From the NCBI GenBank assembly GCA_951406725.2, contig OX597830.1, positions 53,692,001 through 53,756,000 on the forward strand: a stretch of 64,000 bases of DNA. The letters run 5' to 3'. Below are positions 25,180-39,255 of the stretch, piece after piece (positions within the stretch are counted from its first letter, which is position 1; each line of letters begins with the position of its first letter). Both the position numbers and the translations under genes were made by a program. The notes under the pieces are model-generated. The model did not search any database, was not told the origin of the DNA, and saw only the letters and a list, made by a program, of their open reading frames with translations. This DNA is from Octopus vulgaris. Its lineage: Eukaryota.

Positions 25180-27005
25180 ATGTCTTTTGTGATCCTGTTT
25201 CTCGCCTCTTATCATGTCATTTTACCTATCCTTTTTTTAGTACTTCATCTTCCCAACCTCCTCTTTCATTTTTTAAATACTTTGAAAAACGCTTTGTCAC
25301 CGATATTAAAATACTTTGTTGTATTTTTAGCGTTTTCTCTATTTGTTATTTCTTACTGGTAACAGCCTGTCAAAATTTGACTTTATTTTTCGAGCAAACG
25401 TTAGTTCCACAGGTGACTTGCCTAAACAAGTTTTTGGGTTTGGTGTTATTCTATAAACACCCAAGAATTGTTTCAATGCTGCATCAATTTACTAGCTTGT
25501 TTCTTGTTTTCTTTAATGCTCTTTTAACCCTTTAGCATGTAAACCAGCCATATCCGGCCTGTTTTATGTTCAGACTGGCCATATCTGTTCTCTCACACCA
25601 ACCCTACAATATCATCTTAAAAATTAACAGCTACCTCATCAAAATCTCATAGCTACAAGATAATACCTGATTAGTTCAAAACAATGTGGATAAAAAAGCA
25701 TTAGTTTTGGCAGAATAATGTGAACACTAAAGGGTTAAATGTATCCATGAACCATTCCACTAGCCCATTTGATCTTGGGTGATATGGTGGAGTAGAGATG
25801 TGTTCAACTGCGTACCATTTTCGGATACTATGGTGTTTGGGACACTGAAGAAATTCCATTGTTATCGTAGAGGTTGGTTTTCTACATCTACATATTTCTG
25901 GCCACTTAGTATAACTATCTCCTACAATAAAGTAATATGCACCATTTACTGGTCCAGCCAAATCTATATGAAGCCTGGTCCATGGACTGTTGGTTTTAGG
26001 CCATGGTTGGAATTTTACCAGTGGTGACTTGGCTGCAAGGGCACAACCTCTGCAGGATTTCACCGACTCTTCAATGTCACAGTCCATTGTAGACCAATAT
26101 ACATAACTGCTCCTTAGTGATTTCATTCTTGAAATCCCTGGGTGACCAATATAAAATTCCTTTAATAAACGCTTTTGCAGTGTGGTTGGCACTACGACTC
26201 TGTGCATACATCAACACATTGTCACACAATAAGAAATGGTTCACATTTGTGTTTCGCATACTTTTATTTTCTTTAGCATTCAGTATTTTTTTTTTCATTT
26301 TTATACTGAATTTATTGTTTTCCGATTTCAATTCTGTGTCTTGTGAAGCTGGCAGTTCACGAATGACGTTACACAAAACATTTTAAAATTCCATTTCTGC
26401 TTGCGAAGCGGCAATCACAGAATCTTCGAATGGTTCCATGTTTTTTGAAATCAGTCTTGCTAGACAATCTGCATGGTCTAAATTCTTGAATGGTGTATAC
26501 TCTATCTTGAAATCATAGTTTAATAATATTGTAGCCCAGTGTTGTAACCTGTTAGCAGTATAGGTAGGGATTCCTTTTTTGACCCAAATATCAATAATAA
26601 CAGTTGGTAATCAGTCTGCAGCTGAAAACTTCTACCATGCAAAAATCTGTGAAATTTTTTCTCAGCAAAAATAACTAGAGCGTCTTTTTTGATTTGACTG
26701 TAATTATTTCTCTGCTAATATCAGAGAATGTGTGGCATGAGCCACCACCTTCATGTTAACATCTTTATATTTATGTAGCATTACTGCTCCTATACCATAC
26801 TCAGAAGTGTCTGAAGCTACAGCAATCTCTGCTGCAGGATTGAAGTGAGCTAATGACAAATCAAATATTAATTTCATCAAATGCCTTTTGGCAATTTTCT
26901 GACAAATTCCATTTCATATCTTTTTTCAGCAAATTATTCAGTGGAGCCCTAACCTTATGCATACTTGGGATATAATTTTGGTAATAATTTGCCAGTCCTA
27001 AAAAT
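25180..27005 (-). mobile_element. Ty3/Gypsy LTR retrotransposon pol remnant (RT end, RNase H, integrase)
   Basis: SFLGLANYY..APLNNLLKK..ASDTSEYGIGA..NYSQI..ANRLQHWA..HADCLAR; GHPGISRMK..C..C..PWTRLHIDLAGP..DSYTKWPE..PPYHPRSNGLVE. No LTR recognised. Confidence 0.93.
25528..25734. mobile_element. piggyBac-type MITE family 2, inserted in the Gypsy integrase
   Basis: TTAA|CCCTTTAG...CTAAAGGG|TTAA. Removing it restores the integrase reading DTFKRALKK. Confidence 0.88.
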
Positions 27006-27007
27006 GA

Positions 27008-27057
<50 letters not shown>

Positions 27058-27102
27058 GTCTCTCTCTGTCTCTCTCTCTGTCTCTCTCTGTCTCTCTCTC
27101 TG

Positions 27103-27191
<89 letters not shown>
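27008..27191. repeat. Compound (TGTC)n(TC)n(TA)n microsatellite
   Basis: Direct inspection; truncates the Gypsy fragment. Confidence 0.95.
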
Positions 27192-27198
<7 letters not shown>

Positions 27199-28469
27199 CA
27201 TATGCACATGTCAGAATATCTGAATATCTCCCTGTTTATCAGTCTAGATTCCTGTTTCTCAGTTTCCATGGCACATATATCTCTCCTCTGGATGGAGTGC
27301 CAATCTGTCTCAGGATTACTCATTTTTACCAGCTGGGTGGATTGGAGCAACATGAAATGAGCTTTGCTCAAGAACACAATGCATTGCCCACTCCAGAAAT
27401 GAAAACCATAATCCTGTGTTCATGAGTACATCACCCTAACCACTGATCCACGTATCTCCATCCGTCTGCATGTATATTTGACTGTGTGTCAGTCAGTCAG
27501 TCTCTCTCTACATGTATTATTTAAGTAATTACATTTACAGCATTATATACTGGAAATATTACACATGCCTTTCTGTTAGTAATTATATCCTAATTAATTA
27601 TCCTCTTCTACACTTTTACATTTTGTGTGAATGTTGTTCAAGCTCTTTTTAAAAATCTCTCATCTGTTTGGATTTCTTCATGATCTTATCGACGCCAATT
27701 TTATCATCATTCTCTTTACCTTTTCTTTTTGTTGTTAGTGAGAAATTTTATTAAAAAAGAATTGCATTTCTATATCTTATTTTTTGAAATTTTAATTGCT
27801 TTGTCTACAAAAAACACCCATTTTTTAATTTACTGAAATAGTCTTTATTACAATTGGAGCTTCATTTAGAGAGAGGGGTCATGGCCTTTCTTTTGTTTCT
27901 ATGTTCTAACTATAGTGCTTCAAGGAAAATTTTATCACACATTTATTCTAAGACATGCCAAACAAGACTTAGGAAATCAGTTTTGAATTCTTTGATAAAA
28001 ATCTTCATGATTATGTTGGAATTCTAAATGACACACCAAACATTGCTTACTCTACCCCATCTTGCCCTTACTCCCCCCTCTTCTTTTTCTCTCTTTTTTC
28101 TTCATTTTCACAAAATTCAACACGATGTCAAGCAAGCTGGAACATTTTTTTTTCTGATCCAATTTTTGCTTTCACTGGAATCCAAAGAATTAATATAATG
28201 CAAATGAAAGAATTCTTTTAAAATGATGCCATAAGAATTTTAGTCTCTGTAATAAAGTCACTTTTCGTGTTTCTGAGAACAAAAAGAAAAGCAGAACCCA
28301 ACCAATTCCAGCAGACAACAAAATGCTTTTCTTTCTTAAGTCTTCTTCCAAATTTCTTCCTTTTACAATTTTTATTTTATCTTCGTTTTGAGATAAAATT
28401 ATTTATTTGTTTCTTAATGAGCCTTATTCAGAGGCAGAAAAGCAGCACCGTTGACCTTTTTCAGGATTT

Positions 28470-28760
28470 CCAGTCTGATCCGGCAGTGTTTTTACAGCTG
28501 GCTGCCCTTCATAATGCCAACCACCCCGAGAGGGTAGTGGGTGCTTTTTATGTGCCAGGTGAGGCTGGCAGTGGCCACAATTGGTTGGTGCTTTTTACGT
28601 GCCACCAGCACGGAAGCCAGTCAAGGTGGTGCTGGCATCGGCCACGTTCGGATGGTGCTTTTTACGTGCCACCGGCACAGGTATCACAACTACAATTTCC
28701 ATTTGATTTTTATTTTGATGTTGATGTACTTGACTCAATAGATCTCAAGCACAGTGTCTC
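28470..28760 (-). mobile_element. RTE 3' UTR fragment
   Basis: GTGCTTTTTACGTGCCACC repeats; similar to 3580-4050. Confidence 0.75.
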
Positions 28761-29138
28761 TAGTCAAACAAATTGAACTCAGTACTTTTTTAAAATCTAG
28801 TCTTTATTCTCTTGGTCTCTTTTGCTGAACCACTAAGTTACAGAGATGTAAACAAACCAACATCAGTTGTGAAGTGGTGGGAACAAATTCAAACACAAAG
28901 ATACATGCACAGATATATATATGCTGTGGCTGTGTTGTCCAGGATAGGACTACACAGCCACAGCAGGAAATGTATCAGGACATGAAATGTAAAAGCCGGA
29001 CTAGACTACTTTATGCGCAACTCCATTGTCTCCCGAGACAAAAAGGATGCCAACAATATATATGTATATATATATATACACACACACACATATATATATA
29101 TACACACATATATATATACACACACACACACACATATA

Positions 29139-29170
<32 letters not shown>

Positions 29171-29489
29171 ACGGGAAGCTTTATGAAAATAGACAAAAGA
29201 TTCTACATAGTTTCTGCCTACCAAATTCACTCACAAGGCATTGATTGGCTTGAGGCTGAAGTAGAAGACACTTGCTCAAGATACCGCACAGTGGGACTGA
29301 TCCTGAAACCATGTGTTGTAGGTGAACCTAAAATGGAAGTTTAAACAGTGATGGTCAGTAGTTTTATGTGATTGGCAAACTGTAGTGTAATGAGCAGAGA
29401 AAAGCAAAACATCCCTAAAGTGAAGCTGATTTGTGTTGTGTAAAACTGGACTAACCCCTACCCCCATAATATATTAGCTGTATTCATCA

Positions 29490-29933
29490 TCATCATAATT
29501 TAACATTCACTTTCCAGTGCTTGCATAAGTCTGGTGGAATTTGTTGAGGCAAATATTCTATGGCTAGATGCCCTTCCTGTTGCTAACCTTCACTTGTTTT
29601 CAAGTAAGGTCATTTTTTTCCCCTCATAGCCAGAGATCTTTTTTTATACACAAGTCTGGAAATGCCCAACATCACTTGTATGACAGTGATTACAGTATCG
29701 CAGTATTGACCATATCATCAGATGCTGTTATACACTGCTAGTCACAATGCATTTCCAATTCTGTCTTGCTTTCACTTTTCTTTTCCATTTTTGACCCAAA
29801 TTGCTTAACTAGATCATCTTCCCATTGTTGTGGGTGGTGGGGCCTTCCAAGTGGCCTTTTCCATTCTCTTGGATCTCACATGACAGTGATACTCAATTAC
29901 AACCATCACATGATGTCAAGTTAAGGGCATGCG

Positions 29934-29969
<36 letters not shown>

Positions 29970-30120
29970 GTGGGTTCTTTCAGTTTCTATCTATCAAATC
30001 CACTTGCAAGACATTGGTTAGCCCAGGGTTTTAGATCTTTGTCAAATGTGCCACACAGTGGGATTGAACCCAAAACTACATGGTTAGGAAGTGAGCTTGT
30101 TCACCATACAGCTGCACCTG
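29490..30120 (-). mobile_element. SINE B with RTE-like tail (B2), carrying a nested SINE C tail
   Basis: Head/core at ~29970-30120, (CA)n linker, tail ..GGAAGGGCATCTAGCCATAGAA..(GAT)n. Confidence 0.7.
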
Positions 30121-31545
30121 TATTTATTATGAAATTTAAATGGTTCAGACTTTGGTCTAATGCAAAGTTCACTATAATTTTATTCTCTGGGTGATGGCAA
30201 GCACTGAAATTTGTCTTATGTGCAAATTTCATCTTTGCAAAGTATTTATGTGTATCCATGCATGTTACCATCACTCAGATTTTTTTTCAATTAAAAAAAT
30301 CCAATTTCATCTTGAAAATCTTGTTTCATCCGATTATACAGTCGACCCATCATCAAGATGTTCCAACCATGGCCAACTTGATGATTTTTTATTTTTTCGG
30401 ACTCGGTATTTCTATTTTGAGATAGATTTCACTGAAAGTTTTTTTTTTTAGTAGATCAAGCAATATATGATACCATATATTATTGTACCTGAGTATGCTT
30501 AAATTTGGTGAATCCAATTTTGTCTTGAAAATCTTGTTTCATCCCATTATACAGTTGACCCATCATCAAGATGTTCCAACCACGGCCAACTAGAATCCTA
30601 AGCTCATGGGTGATTTATCTACCATCTGCTAAAGGAACTGGAATTTGGTAGCTTCTGAAATCCAGTTTTCTTCTTTAGAAGTAAAGGGGCAATGGTTTGG
30701 CAGTATTGGTAGATCAGGGCCAAAATATGTGGCATTTGTGTCTATTTATGTTCTGAGTTCAAATCCTGCCAAAGTCACCTTTGCCGCTCTAACTTCAGGA
30801 GTCAATGATGTCAGTAAGGTAAAGTACCAGTCATGTACTGGTGTCTATAACAAGGTATTGGTCAGATCCTGGTGTCAATGCAACTATAATAAAGAGCCAT
30901 TCGGTACTAGAGTCAATAACACCGTCATTATCATCACCATTATCATCATCATCATTGGTATTACCAGGATCAGCATCTATCATTGTTATCATCATCATCA
31001 TCATCACCATCATGAACATTATTGTTGTTGTCTCTGAAGTTCTTTTTTTATTCATTTGTTTTGTGTTGGCCTGATTTGGATACTGTTCGATCAACTAAAA
31101 CCAACCAAACAAGTGAGTGTGTGGGCATATAATATATATATATATATGTGTATATATATGTTTCTTATAGGTCTGCTCAGACAGACAGGCCTAGGGCTAA
31201 ACAACAGCCATTACATGCAAACAGGTTTATTATAAGTGAGATTAATTGATTTAACTGATCAACTAGTCACAGGCATTCAAGACAACAAGGACTGTTTATT
31301 CATTTTATTTTAATGTCATCACTATCATTACTTCCACCACCACCATCATCATCGCCATCCTCCTCATCTGCCTTCTTGTCATCATCTCCGTTGTGTACCT
31401 ACATCTTAACTATATCAGTTAATTAGGGTGTGTGTGTGTGTGTTATCCAGAATTTTAACCTTGTTAACAAAAGATACTGAACTTGAGCAATAATAATAAT
31501 AATGATAATAATAATAATAATAATAATAAAAAAATAATAATAATA

Positions 31546-32174
31546 GTTTATTCTTTTATTGGCCACAAGGGCTCACATAAAATAACATTAAATGACAAGA
31601 AAACAACATAAAAGACAAAAACGGGATGATACAATGGGTTTTCTGCATGTAAACAAGATAAATAACAATTAAAATTGAACAAATTAAAACTCCCAATAGG
31701 GGAGGTGCTATAAGGTCCTTGTGGAAAACTCCAGAAAAGCCACAGGTGCCTAATCAACAGGGCAAGAGCCCTTCTCCTTTAATTCCCATTTGTTTTTAGA
31801 TGCATGCTCAGACTTGGTCCTTTCACACTGGCCATTCTTCCAACATTCAGCCGTCTTTCAACAAACTTGTAACAAGGCAACACTTCCCTCTCCACCCTCA
31901 CTTTCCTCTTCAAGTGAAACTTGAAAAAGATGATGAGGGTTTGACCAAAGAGGAAAGAGTCTTTAGCCCTTTCAAACAGGTCCACCATACTACCTCTTTT
32001 GCTACAGCCACTAGGCAAATAAAAATTACCTGTCCCTCTTGGCCAAAGGAGAGTAGCCGGGCAATTCTCAATGGATTCAGCTGATAGCCAGATCCATCCT
32101 ACATGCGACAGCAGGTATTTGACATAAACCCACAGGTCAGCAATACTCAGGCACTGGACTAGGGCATGCAGAAC
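31546..32174 (-). mobile_element. L1/Tx1-clade LINE 3' end (ORF2 C-terminus plus 3' UTR)
   Basis: VLHALVQC..ADLWVYV..AVAKEVVWWT..FKFHLKRKVRVER..FVERR resembles the post-zinc-knuckle region of Tx1 ORF2. Ends GAGCCCTTGTGGCCAATAAAAGAAT; flanked by (AAT)n. Confidence 0.75.
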
Positions 32175-32673
32175 AATAATAATAATGCTTGTAACAAAGA
32201 TACTTCTATAGTAGCCTCCCTCTTCTTTTACCTACTCCCCCTGATCCTTATGTTATCTACCTCTCTTCTTCGCACATCTTGGTCATGCTGATTTGAATGC
32301 ATGAAGCCACTGCAAGATGAAGAGCCCTCTTTAGTTTTGATGAGGACATGGTGTTGATTCCATGATAGAATGCACTCCGTACACTCTGTTAAGGAGTTGG
32401 TTTTAGAAAGGGCATCTAGTCATAGAAATTTTGCCAGTTGGAACATACAAGTGGCCGCAACTCCAATAAGAATTGTCTGAGGTCATGATAACCATGACAA
32501 CCCATCCTACCAATGCTTGCATGGAAAGCAGATGTAAAGTGATGATGATGATAATCATATTCATACTTGTCTCGTGATTGCTAGCTTTTATATTGATGTG
32601 CCCAAATGGTTAAGAAGCTCTCTTCAACAGTGGCTTCTACAATAGCCTACAGTCTGGCTTGAGGGATATTTAA

Positions 32674-32906
32674 CCCTTTATTATTAATTTATTACCAAAT
32701 TTCTATTGAAATACACTGCCTTTGTTTCAATAAATTTAGAAAATAATGAAAGAATTTGGTAAAATAACTTTGCCATTATTAAGCTGGTGTTTGGAACAGG
32801 AATTTATATGAAATTTTAATGGACAGCTTTAATTCAAATCATTTTAAAACAGGAAATTTCTATCATAGGACCAGGGGCCGTCTTTGGTGGCTTGGTATTG
32901 CAAGGG
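32674..32906. mobile_element. piggyBac-type MITE family 1
   Basis: TTAA|CCCTTT...AAGGG|TGAA; body similar to 54100-54321. Confidence 0.72.
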
Positions 32907-33112
32907 TGAACCACCAATCCTGACAGATTTATTCTTAACACAGAAATTCTTTCACTGGGTTGTCTACCTTAAAGTAAGCAATATTGATGGATCTAGTCTC
33001 TCCTCTCCAAGTTATACTCACAGAAAGTTGAAGATTAAACTTGGCCTGGCAAGCAATACTAATGTGTGCAGCAGTGAGTTGTTTCTCTGTCCTGTTGTCA
33101 GTACTGCCTTAA

Positions 33113-33332
33113 CCCTTTAGCATTTAAACTGGCCAAATCTGGCCAAAATATTCTACTCATTTTATGTTCAAACTGACTATATTCAGCCTCTCAGACATAG
33201 CCTGCAATGTCATTCTAAAAATAAATGATCACATCATTGAAATCTCAAAGCTACGAGATAATGCATGATTAATTCAAAACAATGGGAATAAATAAGTGTT
33301 ACATTTGACGCAGTAATCTGAATGCTAAAGGG
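33113..33332. mobile_element. piggyBac-type MITE family 2
   Basis: 12-bp TIR CCCTTTAGCATT/AATGCTAAAGGG with TTAA TSD. Confidence 0.9.
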
Positions 33333-34521
33333 TTAAGAAAGGGCAGTCACCAGGGGTACCAGTGCTAATTTGTGTCTGCTGTGGCTTGCTGTTAATAAAT
33401 AAATGCTACAAACCCAGCTGTATTACATTGCCATGGACCTATCAAGTACAGAGTGCTGAAGACAAGACCTCCTGTACATTACATGGTCATTGGTGTGGTG
33501 CTAGTGAAGTTAAACAGGTGGCAATGGTCTCTTCATGTAGGCAACGTTTTGACATTTTGTTTTCAGTTACGTCCATAATTTGGATCAGTGCAAACTTTGA
33601 GCTTGATGCTGAAACATTTATAAACCTGTAAAATGTGGAGAGATTTTTTTTTTTACCGCCGCCACCCGTTGTATTTGGTGATGTGGTCATATATCTATGT
33701 AGATGGTATCATATACAATTCTGCACTCTGTGGTGATACAGGCACTACAGATGATGATTGCTCTTTAGAATTATGGCGCTTACAACCTCTTTTCTGTCTC
33801 CTCCTCTTTTTCCTCTTACATCTCATATCTCATAAACTGGCTACTTTCTCTTTTGTCATGAGTAATGTGTGTGTGTGGGGGGTGGGGGGTGGAAGGAAGA
33901 ATGTCAAACAAAGGAGTGTTGTGTGTGTGTAAGGAGGAGAGAGAATAGTATATATAAGTAGTGGTGTGTGCGTGTGTGAGAAATACCTGGAATGTTGCCA
34001 GGACCAGGCATCTACATAGTACTATCTCTTAGATCATTCATTCTACGTACTCACACATGCTCCGATACACACATATACACATATGTATTTGCGTGTGTGA
34101 CTCTGTGTGCTTATAGGTATATATATGTACACACACATACACATACACATACACACACACATACACATACACACACACACACAACTATATAGTTTGCTAT
34201 TTCTTTTTGAGAACTGGCCTGTATCATATTACCCACCAGCGAATCACATTGGGTGTTGTTAGATTGGCACTAAAGTCTTTGTGGTGAATTCAGCTGATTC
34301 TACCACTTATCAATATTTACTATACAGGTAATAAATCTGCTAATTAGACCCCACATGTCTTGGAGGGCCTATAAAGGCTAATGACACCATAAACATTCTT
34401 TGCACTGACATGTCAAAAGTAAAGTAGATAACTTGTGCGCGCGCACGTGTGTGTGTGTGTGTGTGTGTGCGTGCGTGCGTGTGCCTGCACATATGTTTGT
34501 ATGTGCGTGTGTGTGTATATA

Positions 34522-34816
34522 TCTATATATATAAAACTGTAGTTGTGTGAGTGTCTGTCCCCTTCGATTTAGATTCCTAACTACTCCCACATTTTGCGGT
34601 GCAGTTTAACCAAATTCGGGTATCTTATAGTCGTGATTCATATCGAGCCCGTCTGGCTATTAGCGCGCGTCTACGATGAGTCTACGATTTAAAAAATAAT
34701 TTAACATCATTTTTTATTCCATTTTAATGCATAATTTTTCGTGTGTCGATGGCGGCGGAGTTGGCGTCCATGGTTTCACCTGCACCTGTTTGCTTCTCCC
34801 CCTTCTTCCCTCCCTC
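34522..34816 (+). mobile_element. Helitron-like 5' fragment
   Basis: A|TCTATATATATAAAACTG..GTGTCTGTCC start resembles 16908; CpG-rich body; no 3' CTAG found. Confidence 0.55.
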
Positions 34817-36544
34817 TATGCATATAGTTCTTTTGAAAGTGTGTCAAGTAGCTACTATATGGTGTCAGTGATCGTAGCACTGTTTCTTATGAAGTGTGGT
34901 GTTATTTTTATTGGAGATAAGGGGGACAGTGGAGGAAGACAGAGATTACACGTGCACACTCCCATACATACACACACACATACACAAGCACACTCTCATA
35001 CATACACACACATACACATGCACACTCTCATACATATACACATACATACATACAAACAAACAATTGATTTCCCCCCTACCTCTCACTCCACATATTTTTG
35101 ATATTTATTTCATCATATCCTGGATTTATGTGACACAAAGACTTCCATTGTATGCTGAAAGTCTATCTTTTCTCCATACCGCCCCCCACCGCCACTCTTC
35201 ATCTCTAGTTTGTTGTAAGGCAAATATGACGCCCCTTCCCCCTTTGCCTTCTTTTAGTTTACATCACAACCATGAGATACTGTGTTCAAACCCAATGCGT
35301 GGTACCTTGGGGCAAACTGTCTCCTACCTGCCTCCTGTGGCCTTGGGCTGAGCAGTGTGTTGTGGCATTTGGTGATGGAAACTGTACAGAAACCTGTGTG
35401 CGTGTGTGTATACATGTGTTTTTATATATATTTGTGTATATGTGTGTATATATATATGTATGCATGTGTGTTCATATATGTATGTATGTGTATGTATGCA
35501 TGTGTACATATATGTATGTGTATGTACGCATGTGTACATATATGTATGTGTATGTATGCATGTGTGTACATATATGTATGTATGTGTATGTATGTTTTTG
35601 TGTGCATATATCTATATACGCGTGTGTGTGTGTGTGTATGTGTGCTGTTATCCTCCATATTTATGACCTTATGCTTATGTCAAAATGGAATATGATATAT
35701 ATTCCTCTTGAGAACAGAGCAGAATTTTGGAAGTGCCAGTGTATTGAATCTACACCCAGTGTATGATTGGTCCTTGTTTTAACATGTAAGCTATGAAGTG
35801 ATGAATGACAAACTTGGTCCTTGCAGGATTTGAACTCAGAACATAGAAATACAAATTGATGTGCTGTCTCTTCAATTGCTCAGTAAAACACTCCAACCTC
35901 TGGTCCAGAGAACTGCTTTACCCCACCCTCTCTCTCTCTCTTCTACTGCTACTATAATCGCTTTTGCTCCTGGGGATCAGCTTGTACCATGACACCTCCA
36001 CTCAAACCCACCCATCTCACTCATTTCTCCCCCCCCCCACTCATTCAAAATATGTCACTCTCCCTTCTACCTTCATGCCATGCAGGCCTCTCATTAACCA
36101 TTATTCTTAATCCTTCCTTGACAGAGCATCACCATTTTTGAATTCCTTGTCTCATGATTTTATTTTTTTTTCCCCTGTAGTCATTTAAGGAGAACACCAG
36201 CCACATTGATGTCACTGGTCTCGATGGACCTGCAAAGATCATAAGCACTAACCCTCATTCAGATAAAACCCTTTAAAATGAAATACCTCAATATTTATAG
36301 CTGAGTTTTTGAGATTTACTCTGGGTGTCTTCCTTTAACCTTTGACCTTCTTAATCTTGTGGCCTAATAAACATCAGGAAACATAGAATCTATGTACCAA
36401 ATGAAAGGGGTAACCTAGTAGAATCTTTTGCACATCGGACAAAATGCTTTGTGACATGTCTTTTGATTCATTACATTCTGTGTTCAAATTCTGCTGAGGT
36501 CAACTTTGCCTTTCATCTCTTCAGGGTCAATAAAATAAAGTACC

Positions 36545-36768
36545 TATTTCTTTACTACCCACAAGGGGCTAAATACAGAGAGGACGAACAAGGACAGACA
36601 CATGGATTAAGTCGATTATATCGACCCCAGTGCGTAACTGGTACTTATTTAATCAACCCTGAAAGGATGAAAGGCAAAGTTGACCTCGGTGGAATTTGAA
36701 CTGAGAGAACGTAACGGCAGACGAAATACTGCTAAGCATTTCGCCCTGCGCGCTAACGTTTCTGCCAG
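36545..36768 (-). mobile_element. SINE A (tail A1) inserted antisense into an older SINE A (~36410-36820, +)
   Basis: Host core ..AAATAAAGTACC is interrupted and resumes CAGTCATGTATTAGGG. Confidence 0.8.
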
Positions 36769-38802
36769 TCATGTATTAGGGTTAATGCAATCAACTCACA
36801 ACCGTTCCTTAAAATTACTGGCTTTCAACCCCGCAACTGTCTAGTGTCCTGTTCAGAGGAATAATCTGATCTTGGGTCACTTATTGGTCACTTATATGCC
36901 ATGGAAATCAGGTAAACAGCCTTATGAGTCCTCAGATTTGTACACTCCACCCAAAGAAACAATAAAAAAAATCCTGTATGAAATAACACTATTTCCCGAT
37001 AACAGTCTTTTTAGGGTGTGCCATAGTTCACATGGTGCCATCCCCAGACTAGAAAATGTTATATTAGATATATTGTTGTCCTTATTGTTATTTCTGCTAA
37101 TTACCAGTTTTTTTATGCATATCTATTGATGTTACAGGATATATTTAACATAGTTTTGTATAATTAATATAGTTATATATAATTTATAAGCATATGACAT
37201 AATTATAGCTACATTGTTAAGATGCTTGCTTTGAAACCATATGTTTCTGAGTTCAGTCCCGCTATTCTGCACCTTGGGCAAGTATCTTTTACTATTGCCT
37301 TGTGTGTGAATTTGGAGGTAAACTCGTGGGAAGCTCATCATGTGTGTCTGTGTGTGCAGAAGTGGTTCAAGTCATGTTGCATTATGTGAAATGGTAACTT
37401 AGCCATTTGATGAATAACCACTACACTTTAACAATGGGGTCGATGCACTTGATGAAAGATCCTTGAGAATGAAGCCCCAACCTCATTGCAGGTCAACATC
37501 TGAGACTAACAAAAGAATAACAACATTGTAATAATATCATATTATAATAAATATAATTACTAGGTCGTTATGTATTTGATTTGCAGAATCAATATCAATT
37601 ATTTCAAAAATACATAAATGGCAGACTAGCAGAGACAGAATGTTTTAAGCTTTTCTTTCCTGTCTGGCCTATTGTCATCCTACTTTCTGTTATTGTTATA
37701 AGATCCACCTTCCATCACAAATTACAGTGTGTCATCATTATCATTAACCACCATCGTTGTGTTTTTAACATTCTCTTGTTCCATTTTCCATGCTTGCATG
37801 GATCAGACAGAACTTATTGAGGGGCAGATTTTGCATGCCTGGATACTCTTCCTATCACCAACCCTCACTTGTTTCCCCAAGAAAGGTAACAATTCTCCAT
37901 GGCCTGACATGTTTTTGCATAATATTGGAAATGAATGACATTGCTTGTGTGTCAGTGACACTCATTTGCAACTATCACCATGTGATGTTAAGACAAGGAG
38001 AGACAAGCATACGTGCAGAGAGAGAGAGGAGGGGGCTTCTTTCAGTTTCCATCTACCAGATTCATTCACAAAACTTTGGTCAGCCCAGGACTATACCCAA
38101 GTTGCTGCACAGTTGGATTGAACCAAAGATGACATAGTTGGGAAGCAAACTTCTTAACCATACAGCCACACGTGTGCCTATTTTGAAGAAAATCCCTGCT
38201 TAGTTTAGCTCAGTGTAGTTACTTTTGGCTATCTTACACTGTGATTTAAAATTCTAATTGTGATCAACTGTTCTTTTCAGTTATCCAGTGGTAGTAAAAC
38301 AAGACACCAGTAATATACTGGGGTTGATTCAGTCAACTTAACTCTTCTTTTCAGGTCTCAGATCTAATGTAGAACTTTACTGGAGTTGCAAAAATGCTTG
38401 TTGTTTGTTTGGCCCTGGGTTAGCCATGAGCAAACAGGACCATGATCAGAAGCATTCTGTCTGTGACTACCCTATCTTATTTCTAGACACAATACACCCA
38501 GCACTACATAATCCAATGTACCTGGATATAATTTGATGTAGATTTGGTTACTATTCCTTGCAAGTCTAACAATCACTTAGAAGTTCTTTCATTGTTTAAA
38601 GCTAAAATTGTTGTGCTTAGAACCTGAGTTCTTAACTTGAAGAGATATTTTCAAGATTCCTGAGGGAAATATGTGGTTACCAGCAGGGAAATAGTTGTTA
38701 TATTCAGAGATTATTTATTATTATTTTCCCTGTTTTTGTGAGATTTATTTTCCTCTATATTGATTTGAAGCTGTTAACCTGAAATTAACATTAATATGTC
38801 AA

Positions 38803-39255
38803 TCATCATCATCATCGTTCAATGTCCGCTTTCCATGCTAGCATGGGTTGGACGATTTTGACTGAGGGCTGGCGAACCAGATGGCTGCACCAGGCTCCAA
38901 TCTTGATTTGGCAGAGTTTCTACAGCTGGATGCCCTTCCTAATGCCAACCACTCTGAGAGTGTAGTGGGTGCTTTTTTACGTGTCACCAGCACAGGGGCC
39001 AGTCAGGCGGTACTGGTAATGACCTTGCTCGAATATTTTTACACATGCCAACAGCACAGGTGCCAGTAAGGCGATGTTGGTAACGATCATGCTCAAATGG
39101 TGCCCTTTTACATGCCACCGGCACGGAAGCCAGTTGGCTGCTCTGGCAATGATCACGCTTGGATGGTGCTCTTGGCACCCTACTAGCACGGGCACAAGTG
39201 CCAGTAAGGTGAACCTGGTAACGATCACACTCGAATGGTGCCTTTTATGTGCCAC
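38803..39255 (-). mobile_element. RTE 3' UTR fragment with about 5 internal repeats
   Basis: (CAT)n tail, GGATGCCCTTCCTAATGCC, and units of about 66 bp. Confidence 0.8.

Noticed and set aside
33487-33630. Minus-strand exon after TTTTACAG
   Set aside because: All frames stop within about 45 codons, with no recognisable protein and no clear donor.
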